Source: Ginglymostoma cirratum
Taxonomy: Eukaryota
Reading direction: 5' to 3'
NCBI GenBank assembly: GCA_024137785.1
Contig: JAHRHZ010000072.1
Location: 6,007,749-6,071,748, forward strand
DNA length: 64,000 nt
The translations under genes and the position numbers were made by a program. Positions 52,074-64,000 of this stretch are shown here, piece after piece (position 1 is the first letter of the stretch; each line of letters opens with the position of its first letter). The notes below the pieces were generated by a model, which made no database searches, was not told the origin of the DNA, and was given only the letters and a program-made list of their open reading frames with translations.

Positions 52074-52814
52074 ATTACCAATGTCTACCTTTAATCATCC
52101 ATCAGCTTAAATCACAAGTTTCATCCCATTGACTAGAAGCTGACATTTCACCTTGCACATTTCTAAGCGCCTCCTGCCTGTTTCATTTCTTGCTTCTGCA
52201 AGTTTCACAAAATGTCACCCACTATCGTCCACTTTACCTGCTGTGCAGTCAAAATGATGCCCTAAGTTTTGCAAGGGTAAAGACGGTCCAAACAATGTTC
52301 AATTGCAAAAATTTGTATTGATTTTTGATACTTTTCAAGCCAAAATTCTTCTGGACTGGCCTGCTTTATGGTGGAGTAATTCCGATAGCAAAACACCATC
52401 GCCAAGAAAAAACAGCATTGCCTTTCATTCAGTTAGAAACCTGCTGTGTCTGCACAATCAAAACAACGCAATCTATTCAGTTTACTTTCTGCTCAAAACA
52501 TGTCTAACGCATAGGCTGCACAGTAATCACAAATTATACAATTAACTGAGTGCTTATTCCATCATTCCCTTTTGAGAAATCAGTATCACATGACAAGTTT
52601 GAGTCTACTGACAAGCATATCAAAAATGATGGATTATTTCCATTGGAAAGTAATTACGCCTTCAAAGACGAACCAATCTGCTTGTAGAGTACTCAATGTT
52701 TAGAAAAAGAGAGGTTAAAAAAAACCTGTTTTCATAAATGGTTCAATTTAATCTGAGTGTGGGTATAATGGATAATCAGTTAATTCAGAAAACAGTTCGA
52801 ACAATGGAGTAAAT

Positions 52815-53020
52815 GAAACAAAGAACTGCGGATGATGAAAATCTGAAAAATAAAAACAGAAACCGCTAGAGAACCTCAGCAGTCTGGCAGAACTGCAGGC
52901 CTTCAGCAGCCTGCAGCTCTGAAAAAGGGTCATTGGATTCGAAACATTAACTTTGCTTTCTCTACACAGCTGCCACCAGACTTGCTGAGTTTCTTCAGCA
53001 ATTTCTGTTTCTTGTTCCAA
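52815..53020. mobile_element. Penelope-derived palindromic element
   Basis: Arms aaacagaaa..gctagagaacctcagcagtctgg and ccagacttgctgagtttcttcagcaatttctgttt; degenerate core CTGAAAA-AGGGTC...GAAAC at 52919-52945. Confidence 0.75.
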
Positions 53021-53135
53021 CAATGAATTATTGCTTTCACTAAGGCATTAAAGGGTAGTTAAAAGAGATATTGGATTAGGAATTCAGGAGTACTTGTTTT
53101 TTTGAGCACTAGGACCCAAGCACCACTTGTCCAAT

Positions 53136-53215
53136 TCAACCTCAAAAACAAATTGAGCTGTTAGTTTAACAAGAATAAAACTCTTAAAATATTTTAATTT
53201 TGGTTTACAAGAAGT
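53136..53215 (+). repeat. Local duplication, copy 1 (copy 2 at ~54313-54432)
   Basis: cctcaaaaacaa.ttgagctgtt.gtttaacaagaataaaactcttaaaata.tttaatttt is present at both sites. Confidence 0.85.
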
Positions 53216-53222
53216 TGAATAC

Positions 53223-53622
53223 NNNNNNNNNNNNNNNNNNNNNNNNNNNNNNNNNNNNNNNNNNNNNNNNNNNNNNNNNNNNNNNNNNNNNNNNNNNNNN
53301 NNNNNNNNNNNNNNNNNNNNNNNNNNNNNNNNNNNNNNNNNNNNNNNNNNNNNNNNNNNNNNNNNNNNNNNNNNNNNNNNNNNNNNNNNNNNNNNNNNNN
53401 NNNNNNNNNNNNNNNNNNNNNNNNNNNNNNNNNNNNNNNNNNNNNNNNNNNNNNNNNNNNNNNNNNNNNNNNNNNNNNNNNNNNNNNNNNNNNNNNNNNN
53501 NNNNNNNNNNNNNNNNNNNNNNNNNNNNNNNNNNNNNNNNNNNNNNNNNNNNNNNNNNNNNNNNNNNNNNNNNNNNNNNNNNNNNNNNNNNNNNNNNNNN
53601 NNNNNNNNNNNNNNNNNNNNNN
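53223..53622. other. Assembly gap (400 N)
   Basis: Run of N. Confidence 1.
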
Positions 53623-53780
53623 TTTCTGATGAAGGGTTTAGGCCCGAAAAGTCAAGTTTTCCTGCTCCAATGATGCTGCTTGACCTGCTGTGTTCATCCA
53701 GCCCCATGCTTGTTATCCTTGATTTCTCCAGCATTTTGTTCTTATTTCAGATTTCCAGTATCTTAATATTTTGCTTTTAT
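53623..53780 (+). mobile_element. Penelope terminal repeat with hammerhead-like core
   Basis: CTGATGA-A-GGGTTT-AGGCCC-GAAA-A-GTC at 53626-53653, then cctgctcc..tgatgctgcttgacctgctgtgttcatccagc. Confidence 0.8.
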
Positions 53781-54039
53781 AAAACTAAAAGTCTGCTGTG
53801 ACTGAAATTTTATAGCAATTCTGGCAAAAACTTAACAGGCAGAAGGACTACAACTGTTACAGTAATTGCATTTTACCCATATACATTTCATATAAAAAAT
53901 GTTTAAGATAGAAAATAACAACATTGAAAGTGCTTTAACCAAGTGAGGCTAACAGGAAGCTGTCTCTGCTGCGTTTAAAGCAGGATTGAAAGTCATCATG
54001 AACAAGATGAGCTGGAGGCCATGAGTCAGATTTGGATAA

Positions 54040-54230
54040 TAAATGCTCCTTGGTCCATTTACTCCTTTCAGAATGCTAACTTTCCCACTATAGCATTGAG
54101 GTCTTCAAGCAAAGTGTAATTCCTTCAGCTAGCCCTACTGACAATCTGCTGTAGCTTTTGATCATCCTCTGTATAAAGAAATATTTCCTGACATCTGTCC
54201 TAAATTGCCCTTCAAAATCCTGTCCTCTTG
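54040..54230 (-). mobile_element. CR1 3' fragment
   Basis: RARGQDF...FRTDVRKYFFIQR in ORF 54088-54468. Confidence 0.55.
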
Positions 54231-57200
54231 CCCTGTTCGCCTCATTGCACCACCAGCACAGCATGTGTATATATCTAAAAACAATGACAAAGACTAATTT
54301 ATAAAACTGAAATTCATCCTCAAAAACAAGTTGAGCTGTTGGTTTAACAAGAATAAAACTCTTAAAATACTTTAATTTTTCTACCATCCAAGATAAATTT
54401 CTACCTGATAGTTTCAATTTTGGTTTGTAAGATAGGGCATGGTATGGATGTTTATTTGTTAAACCCATGCCGATTCACCAAGGCATTTTTGATACTCATC
54501 AAGAATTTTGCAGAACAAATGCCATCTCTTGAAATTAACAACACCATAGCAATTGTTGTCTTTTTCTTTCCCCTGCAATACAGGCCATAATTATGGTCAC
54601 GGTAGTCATGCTCATTAATGTTTTCAACGTGCTGAAGTAGACCATAGCCTCCATGGGCATCGATTTACATCCTGAATGAGATTATGATAATAAAAATCTC
54701 AATGTACTTAGGAAATCTATATCCTGTGTGAGGCTTCCATTTCAGCTACATTTGATGGCTAAGTGCCTGCTGTCTGAACCACGAGTCAGCTCTTGGGATT
54801 CACAGAAGGTATTGAGTTACACGAGCAATCATTTACAGCAAATCGTGTGCAGTTTTGACCTCTCCAAGAACAGTGTGATACTTCTGTATTTCATAGTTAC
54901 AGAACATTGTCTTTAGCAGTACTTTTTGTAGTCTTACTAAAATCTCACCAATTCTCTGGGGTAGGTGAAATCATTCGGAATTATTTGGACTGTAAGATGT
55001 GGCCAAGTTTGGTGTTCACCTGGGCCATCTCTCATTGTTTACAGGTTTGGTGGACTTTGCATACTCTGTTAAGAATAAAAGGGCTATTTTAATTGGGTGT
55101 GTTTGGATGATTGTCTGCCTGTTGCACATCATAGGAAATCAAGGGATCTGTGATTAAAATACTACATTTTGTACCCACCTATCCTTTATTTTGTTTTCCA
55201 TCAAATAATTTATTTTTGAAAATTAGTAAAATAAATGCAATATTTATCTATTTTGTCAGCTTGTTTTGAGGATAATATATACTAAAGTAAGATAAAATTG
55301 CACAGGAAGTTCGATGCAGATGAAATTAGTAGTTATTCTTTAAAGAGAACTCATGCTGCCAGCACAAGAAAGCTCTTAGCAAGTTATTGCGGGTAAAACA
55401 GCACATCATTTCCATGGAGAATTTCATTTCCAGAGTCTTTGTCTTCATATCTATTACACCACTGTCATATTGGCTACCAGGTCAAGACAGTGGTCCATCG
55501 TAACATTTTTCAAAGTGGAATTTGATTGGCCTCCTATTATGTACATTTGCCTGATATGTAAATCGATTGACTACAATGGAAATGAATAATAATAATAGTA
55601 ATTAACATTAATAATATAAAGGCAGTTGTTCCACTACTATTAGTTTTCGCCACATTGAGTTGATGTTCCATCACCTTAATCCTTAGAGATGGGGATATAA
55701 AATTAATATCCAAAATGCAAGACAACTCCAAGGTTCCTCTGAGGTTCCACACACACTGATTGGCATGTTGATGCATTGACTACTGCTTACAGAAGTTGAT
55801 GCCATGCATACACATCAAAGGTCCATGCAACAAAAAATGATAGAGGGAGTGTTTTTGGAGAGGTTATTATTTTGCAGTGAAACAGATTTTTCATCCTTTC
55901 CACGTTAATTCCAGCAGCTATGTAAATTGCGAAAGTCAGCATTGTCAACTTGAGATACAATGGACGTGAATTGTGATGGTAATATAAAGAAAACAAGTAA
56001 TCAGATTTCCTGATATTGTTATGCACAATCAATAAAATAAAAATCAAATATCAAAGGATTGCATAATTATGAATAATTCCGCATACAAACAGTTACAACA
56101 TATTCCAAAAAGCACATCTCCTAAATGAGCTGAATGAAAATGAAAGGTCTCCTGCACTCTGCATTTTGTATTAATGTCCATAGATCATACATTGTCAAGT
56201 TGAATATTAAATTCTCGAGTATTTGCATACTGTTCCTGAGCTTTGTAAAGTAAGAGTTTGGACTGCTTTAGTTAACTTGTTCCACACCTTATCTGTGGAA
56301 TTGTGTCTTTTCTCCTTAATTTTATCTCACAATTAATTTCTCTTGCCAGCTTTTTGGCAAACTGCTCCTTATTGTTCCATGAACTGATGCCAAATAAAAA
56401 ATCCACACCGAAATTATAACAGTCTGAGATTTCTTCGTATCTCAGGTATGCAGCATAAAAAAACCTCATCAGCTTTGAATGGGGATCAGCCAAAAGTCTA
56501 CAGAAGCAACATCCCAAAATGAGTACTGCAAATCCATCCAATGCCAAAGCTCCTAGTCACTTTGGCAGTGGTTGAAGACCATACCTATACTTTAACACAG
56601 ATTCTCTGTTCCGAAGAGATTTCCCCTGAACAAAGGTCATGTGTCCTTTCTTAACCTGCAACAAGATGGGCATTAAGTTGCAAAATTTTGGACATCTGGT
56701 TTTGGATTGTAAACCACAGCACCGCCAATTGATGGGCATCTGTTTTTGGCTCCTGAATTAGCTTCAAGTCTTTCCTGTGCTTTCTAACAGTATCATGCCA
56801 GAGGGACCATCAACAACACTTAGCCTGTATTTACTTGGTTGCTATCGACATTAACAAAATTAACAGTTAGATATTCTATACTTGAAGATGTAGAATTCTG
56901 GGATATAAAGGACTGATAAAGCACAGCCACCAAGCCACAAAAAAAAATGCATTTTCAAAGCAAGAACAGTTTTCATATGCAGACAAGGGACTATTCTGAA
57001 ATTGTGTACAACCCCAAAGCCATTAAATAATACCCTGACACTTTCTCTTTTTCTGAATAAGATAAACAAAGAATGCATTTTGGATAATGCTGTCATTACA
57101 TCCATTCATTCAGGTCAGCACACCATTTGCTGTTTAAGTTAAATATAAGTTAAATACAGCATCTCAGTAGGTTGTTTTAAAACAAATGTTGAGACGACAT

Positions 57201-58374
57201 TGTTGTTGGTGATCCTAGATGGTACTCTCACACTTAATACAAACTAAAAGTATAACAAATTTTAATCAGTGATAAATGCAATATCAACTACAATACAAAT
57301 ATTTCCACACTAGCAACATATTTCAGATACGACAAAAGGGAAATACCGTGCACGCTCGAAATCTGAAAGCAGAATGGAAAATTCTTGTAATATTCAGAAG
57401 GTCTGACAGAATCTGTGGAAAGATGCACTGTTACAGACACTGCCGAATCTGATGAATCCTATTTGATTTTCTTTAAGCCAAGACTTGGGAATTTGTTGTT
57501 AATGGCTTTTCCAGGAATGGAAATCCCTTTAATCTAACAATGTTCCTTTCAAATTACTTTAACATGCATGTAGGGATCCAGAACTAAAATGTAATCAGTG
57601 CAATCATCTGTCCCTTCAGAGAATTAAACAATACTGAAATTAGGCGGGAGTTATTTGTTTCCTCCTCATAATACTGCAATTTATTTTGGATCAAGGTGAG
57701 AGGTTTTTGTTTAGGTACAATGGGGTGCATTCAGTTTACTGAATTTGTGTAAGATTTGCTTACATTCCTGAGGACTGTTTCCAAACCTGAACGGAAAATT
57801 TACTGATCACCCGACCATTGTTGTATCCCGTTGTGTATCTCAATGCTCGGGAAACCAACAGGCAAATGCCATCCACCTCACTTCACCTTATCATCCCTCC
57901 TTAAGATCACTTAAGAGCTGTTTTAGGGTGATATAGAACTAGGCTGCCTCATGCAGAGATGAGGGCTGTGGGGCTCCGGGGGTGGGGGGTTTCGCTGGGG
58001 TTGTATGGAACTATTACAGGGATAAAAAGAGGGTGTCTTCACACAGGCTTTAAAATTCTTGGTTCAAGAACTGCATCTGTTCAGTGCAAGCTACCCCTGG
58101 GGCCAGCATGACAGCAGTGAAATTTTTAGATCAGTTTTGTTCCAGGAATTGACCTGGCTGAAAATATCTCACTGAATGGACAACACCCCTTGAACAAGAA
58201 TAACTATTGTGCTTATGCTGAGAGATATCTATTTTCTTCAGAATTTGCATTTTGGTGTTGAACAACAAATGGTGTTCCTTTCCAGTCGGACTTCCTGAGC
58301 TATTATATTGGTGTCAAAAGTAAAGTAGTTTTGGACAGCCTTGCCTTTTAATGGACCTGGTAAGACTATGATGG

Positions 58375-58460
58375 GGAAAATATTATTGTTTGGGAAATTG
58401 GAGCCTTATGATGCAGATGTGGTGGATTGGCCCCAGTACATCAAACGAATGGCGAAGGAC
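58375..58460 (+). mobile_element. Gypsy gag N-terminal fragment
   Basis: LFGKLEPYDADVVDWPQYIKRM resembles the gag start FGKLxxFDxxxEDWxQYVERM. Confidence 0.55.
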
Positions 58461-58504
58461 ATCACTGACAAAAAGTCATCCTCCTGGATGAAAAAAAAAC
58501 AAGT

Positions 58505-58716
58505 GGCCCAAGGGGCCTTGTGGCACAGTGGTAGTGTCCCTACCCCTGGACCTGGCAGCCCAAGTTCAAGTCCCATTTGCTCCAGATGTGTGAAATAGCA
58601 TCTCTGAACAGGTTGATTAGAAAAATATGGGTTAAATTAATAAAAACAGAGACCCAATGGGGCAGCTTATGGCACAGTGGTACAGACCCTACCTCTGGAT
58701 CCAGGGGGCCTTGTGG
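58505..58716 (+). mobile_element. tRNA-derived SINE heads in tandem
   Basis: A-box tggcacagtgg and B-box-like aagttcaagtccc; a second head tggcacagtgg at ~58670; ggggccttgtgg repeated at ~58705. Confidence 0.65.
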
Positions 58717-59559
58717 TGAGTGAGTTTGCAAAGTGAGCAAATCAGCTGCAATTTTTTTTTGTCTGTTTTAGGTCCATTGTCATTGGTAATTGGGCAGGAA
58801 TTCACCAACTCACCATGAATAACGGAATAATGGTCACAACTGAAACATAAGAATGTCTACATTTTAAAAATCTTTTATGAGCTGTGACTGGGTGTTTTCA
58901 TTTTAGCTGCTAGAGGTCTGTTTCTCCCAGGCTAGAGAACATTGTAAAGATCACTACAAATAAATCATTCCAAGTACAAAGTAGATCAGAAGTATATCTT
59001 TGACAGCGTACATCCAGTTCATCTCACACCGTACTAAGTGTGTGAGTAGCTTATTGGAATCTTTCTTTACTTCTGAACTGATGAATCTGAGCTGTCTACA
59101 TTTCTCCTTTAGCTCACCAAGCTCTTTTTGATGTGTTGTAGCTTTGTGGATGTGTAATCATCTCTTCCTCCAATCTGGTTTTCACCCATTCCACACCAAA
59201 TAGCCCAAGCAAAGACAAACAATGCTTTTTTTGTGACTGTGGTGTATTATTCTAGTTCATCTTCCCTAACCATTCCAAAGCCTTCTTGTGTGAATTAGAG
59301 CAAGTTCATTTTTTTTTCCTCCTACTATTCTCCACCTGCAAGAAACTGCCTTTGCTTGGTTCTGCTTATACCTATCTAAAAAGAACATCAAAATCCCCAG
59401 CAATGGCATATCTTTTCAACTTGGAAGTATTCTCTCTGGATTTCCTCAGGATTCCTTCCTTAGCTCTATTTTGCTTCTGACTCATGTGCTGTGCTTTTGG
59501 ACACATCATTCAGCAATGTGCAGTCATGTTTACATGCAAATTTGTGATATCCAGCTTCG

Positions 59560-60240
59560 GCTTCTTTTCCCTCTGCTGCTCTGTACTATCCAACATTGAG
59601 ATCAGGCTTGGCCATCCTATGCTTGCAATTCTCTGGCATTGTAAATTATTTATTAAATAATCTGAGCTGTGCTAAGAGTTACACCGAAAGTCATGCCTTT
59701 GTCACCTCCAGATTTCATCATCACAATGCTTTCCTGGAGGTATCCAATTTTTTTAACATTACAAACTTCAGATCATTCAAAATGTTGCTGCCTGCATCTT
59801 ATCCCTCATCAACGTGCACATGTTGGTCCTAACCATCTTTTCTGACCTAATTTGTCTCCTAACCCCTTAGTTCTCAAATGTAATTGATAACTGTCTTTGA
59901 ATTCCTCTATGCCCCTTCCATAACCTCCTCTAACCCCATAATTCTCTGTTTTTTTCTGTTCCTCTAACTCCATTCTTTCATGCAACTCCTACCTTTACCC
60001 ATCACTTGCCACCCATGTACTCTGCCACTGAATACCTGTTCTTAGTAATTCCTCCCCAAAATTTTCTGCATTTAACAACTTTCAAAAACCTCAGCAGGAT
60101 TTCAGGTCAATGTCATATTTGTTCTTGCTCTAGCTCATTGTTAATTTTGACTACATCGTTGTGAAAATTCCTTAGGGCGTTTTTGATTAACATTCCTTCT
60201 ATAAAGTGCCTTGGACAATTTTCTATGATAAAGGTACAAC
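59560..60240 (+). mobile_element. Old L2 LINE 3' portion
   Basis: HAFVTSRFHHHNAFL resembles HAFVTSRLDYSNALL; tail aaagtgccttggac..ttttctatg.taaagg. Confidence 0.65.
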
Positions 60241-61214
60241 TTAACCATGAGTTAATATTTTTAGAAAGTTACCACATCAGTAACTGATTTTATGGGAATT
60301 AACCTCCTCTGTAGCTTTTAACCTAAACCATAGCATATTGCATAATTATTCTGTTTCAAAGACCGGGACATCATGAAAGGCTTTGCATTTAGCATCCTTT
60401 TATTTGCCACAAGCGCGTCTCTGTTTGACCTCTGGGATTGCTACATTACCAGGCATCTGGCATATTACGTTTTATCCCAATTGGTAAGGAGCAAGTACTG
60501 TCTTGTGGGAGTGGGCTATAGTGCTAAGTCAGGAGAAATTGTCTGAATAAAACGTGAAATTTAACACTCACTTCACCTACAAATCTAACAGCTTGCAAAC
60601 ACAGCATTTCAACGTGTCAGTGAGAGGTGAACTTCTCACCTCCTCCTCTTTGCTCTGAAGATATTTTAGTGCATCAATTGTTCTCGACTTGAACTTCATT
60701 TGTCACAAGGAGAGATATAGAAATATTCAAACAAACAATTACCTCAAATCATGGGCTAACTTAAATTCCATGAATCAATCTGAAGTACAGCTACTACTGT
60801 GCTTAGCAGTATTCATTTCATAGCTAATGTCAGTTTGTATCAGTGCTAAGTGTTTCTCCAGCGATAAACAGTCTACAGAAAGATTGCCATGTTTCACTAT
60901 CTAATTGACTCAAAGTTTATTCAGTAAATCTAACTGAATGTGTGATATATAACTGTATCTAACTAATTAGAACTGAATAACTAACTATAACTGAACAGCT
61001 TCAGCTCCGGGTTAATAAGCTAGAGGCTGAACTAAAGACACTGCAGCCCATCAGGGAGGGAGGAAAGTTACCTGGAATCTTTGAAACAGGAAGTAGTCAC
61101 ACCTCTTAGGACAGGATCTTGAAGTTGGTTAGTGTTCAAGGACTAGAAAGTGAGATCACAAATGAAGCAGCTCAGGGTACCCAAGACAGCACGTCAGGAA
61201 GGGTTCAAAGTTCT

Positions 61215-61390
61215 TTCAAACAAAATCAGAAAATTCTGGAGAAACTCAACGGGTGTGGCAGCATCTTTTGAAGAAGGGTCATGTTGGACTCATAATGTTA
61301 ACACTTGTTTCTCTCTCCAAACTTGCTGCCCAACCTGCTGAGTTTTCTCTGTTTGTTTCAGAAATTACAAGATCTGCAGTACTTTGCTTT
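61215..61390. mobile_element. Penelope-derived palindromic element nested in CR1 ORF1
   Basis: ctggagaaactcaac..tggcagcatc / tgaagaagggtca / gctgcc.acctgctgagtttt. Confidence 0.7.
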
Positions 61391-62391
61391 CACGCGAGGT
61401 TCTTTCAGCTTGTTTGGATGAGTTTGGGATCTGCAGAGGGTGAGAAGCTAACTGACCATGGCACCATGGACAGAAAGCCTTTCAAATGAGGGAAATAAAA
61501 TGGGAATGTTGTCGTAAAGGGGGAGGGGGAGGGGTACTGACATCAACCTTTGCAGCAAAGACCATGAGTCCAGATAGATGTGTTGCCCACCTGGTGCCAG
61601 GGCTCAGTACTTTCACTCAGAACTGGAAAGAAACTTGCAGTAGAAGGAGGAGGATCCAACTGTCATCATCCATGTAGGTCCCGAAGGCATAGCTGGACAA
61701 AGGAGGAGCTTCTGCATAACTAGTGCGAGCAGCTAGGCTTCAAATTATGATGCAAAACCTCAAAATTCAATGTCTTTGAATTATTACCTAAGCCACATGC
61801 AAATTGTCATAGGGTAAATCAGATTAGAGAGGTGAGCGTGTGGCAGAAAGACTTGCATGGAAGAAATGGTTTCTGGTTCATGGTATTAGTACAGGGGAAA
61901 ATGAGGACTGTACCATTGGGATGGTTGCCACCTGGACCATGTAGGCTTCAGAGTTCTTGTGAGCTGCATAATTAGGGAGATAGAGAGAGTTTAATCTAAA
62001 TAGTCAGGCTAAGGGATGAAATTTGGGACGATGTCGTCAAACAAATAGTGGAGAAATGCCAAGAGAGACATGTATTAATGCAGGAAAGGATAAACATACC
62101 ATGACAGGAAGGGATAGAGAGTACAAATTTAAGATTTTATCAACAGATAACTTGAAAAGATATAAAAAGGATAAAACTAACTACTCTGGATCTTAATGCA
62201 CTTGACATTTAAAACAAACTAGAAGAATGGAAGATGCAAATAAATAAATATGATCAAGAAGACACTACAAAAACATGATTCCTGGGTAACATTGATTAGG
62301 GCCTGAATGTTAAAGTGCACAGGACACGTAGAAAAGACAAATAGTTAGGAAATGTGGAGGGGAATCTCTGTTAGTTAACACTGATTCTAGC

Positions 62392-62730
62392 ACATAGAGT
62401 CATAGAGAGGTACAGCACAGAAACAGACCCTTTGGTCCAACTCATCCATACCAACTAGATATCCTAATTAATCTAGTATCATTTGTCAGCATTTGGCCCA
62501 TTTTTCTCTAAACCCTTCCTAATCAAGTACTCATCCAGACGCCTTTTAAATATTATAATTGTATCCACCTCCACCACCCTCTGCATGAAAAAGTTGCCCG
62601 TCAGGTCCCTTTTAAATCTTTCCCCCCTCACCTTAAACCTATGCGTCCTAGTTTTGGACTCCGTACCCTGGGCAAAAAACCTTGGCTATTCACCCTATCC
62701 ATGCCCCTCATGATTTTACAAACCTCTACA
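62392..62730 (-). mobile_element. Younger CR1 3' end nested in the older CR1
   Basis: catagagtcatagagaggtacagcacagaaacagaccctttggtccaac; EVCKIMRGMDRVNSQ. Confidence 0.85.
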
Positions 62731-64000
62731 ACTGAGAAGGAGAACCTAAATTTAAGAAACCAGAATATAGAAACAGCTTCACTAGAGATGAGTAATGGTA
62801 AAGGCAAGAAATCACACTGAAGTGGCGTAGAAGCCCCTGAACAGTAACCACATTGTACAGTGGAGCTTAAAGGAAGAAAAAATGAAAACTTGCTAGATAG
62901 CAATAATTATGAGAGATTTCAATGTACATACAGACAGAAAGGCAAAGGAAGCCAAGAAAAAGAATTCATTGAATGTTTTCAGGATAGTTTCTTTGACTAT
63001 CATGTTCTGGAGGTAACCAGAAAGCAGTCTACATTATGTATTGTGTAACAAGACAGAATTAATAAATAATTTCATATTGAAGAAGGAGTCCTTATGTAGC
63101 AGCAACATTAATGTAATTAAATTTTATATTAAGTTTGAGGGAGAGAGGAATGAGTCCAAGACCATTTTTTAATTTAAATGAGGGCAATTTTGAGGGAATG
63201 AAATCAGAGCTGAATAAAATGAATTAGCAAATTATGTTAAAGCATAGGTCAATAGAGACACAGTAGGAAAGATTTATTTAAAGGTATATCTCAGAATATG
63301 CAGAATATATACATTCCAGTAAATAATATAAGTTCCAAGGGATGGATCCACCATTATGGTTAAATGGAAAGTTAAACATTGTGTCAAACTTAAAGAAAAA
63401 GCATACGAACATACAAAAACAGGTGGTGAGTGAGAAGTTTGAACAGTACATAAAAAACAGCAAAGTACAATCAAAATATTAATAAAGAGGGCAAAATTGG
63501 AATATAAGTGAAAGCTAGCCAAAAATAATAGTATTTATAAATATCAAAAGAAAAGAGTTAACAAAGTGAGCCTTGGTCCTGTAAAAAGTGAGTCTGGAAA
63601 ATTAATTTATTAAGGTAATTTGCATCATTCTTCGCTAAGTAACATCCCAGAAGCAACGATAAATCAGTAAATATAAGGGAGGGAAGAACTCAGAAAAATA
63701 ATGAGAATTGATGCTGAGTAAATAATTTGAGCTGCAGGCTGACGAGTACTCAGGTCCTGATGGACCACATCTTAGAGCTTTCAAGAAATGACCAGTGACA
63801 AAAGTCTATGCATCAGCATTAGTTTTCAAATTTCCTTGATGCGGCGAAGTTCCTCCTCGATTAGAAGAGGCCGTTATGAAAAATGTTACAGTGGGACACT
63901 TACAAAATTTCAAAATAATCAGGCAGCATCAGCATGGTTTTGGGAAGGGGGCATCATGTTTAAGTATTCTATTAGAACTCTTTAAGGAAGTAAATTTTGC

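Larger units (their letters stand above)
60990..64000 (+). mobile_element. Long decayed CR1 LINE: ORF1 (coiled coil and esterase-like), APE endonuclease, start of RT; runs off the window
   Basis: EQLQLRVNKLEAELKTL; V.IHVG and DG.HL esterase-like motifs at ~61660-61940; KGSQEKEFIECFQDSFF..HVLEVTR; SGPDG.H.R.. at ~63750. Confidence 0.75.

Noticed and set aside
53084-53734. Long ORFs of 216 and 157 aa
   Set aside because: Artefacts of translation through the N gap
56585-56655. Possible minus-strand exon (ttgcAG...AG|GTATGG)
   Set aside because: 71 bp, not frame-preserving, and no similarity to the expected upstream CEP85L exon ([23 protein letters not shown]), which I did not find anywhere in the window
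58510-58580. Functional tRNA gene
   Set aside because: A- and B-box-like motifs only, no clear cloverleaf; SINE head

Overview
Eukaryotic, AT-rich, repeat-dense DNA, most likely from an elasmobranch (shark). This is inferred from recalled repeat families: HE1-type SINE, SacSINE/Deu-type SINE, many CR1 LINEs, Penelope GIY-YIG elements and Harbinger relics. The only host-gene sequence I can support is one 830-bp internal coding exon on the minus strand (7614-8443) matching the large exon of CEP85L. Everything else appears to be intron of that gene, filled with decayed CR1, L2, Tx1/L1, Penelope, Gypsy and PIF/Harbinger elements and SINEs, plus one 400-N assembly gap. Almost all listed ORFs are TE remnants or noise. 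I found no convincing new protein-coding system. The most interesting signals are hammerhead-ribozyme-like cores in Penelope termini and derived fold-back elements, a two-gene Harbinger relic with a nested LINE, and candidate muscle/developmental enhancer motif clusters in a locus that hosts phospholamban (PLN) in mammals. All family calls are by eye and from memory, and most TE boundaries are approximate.
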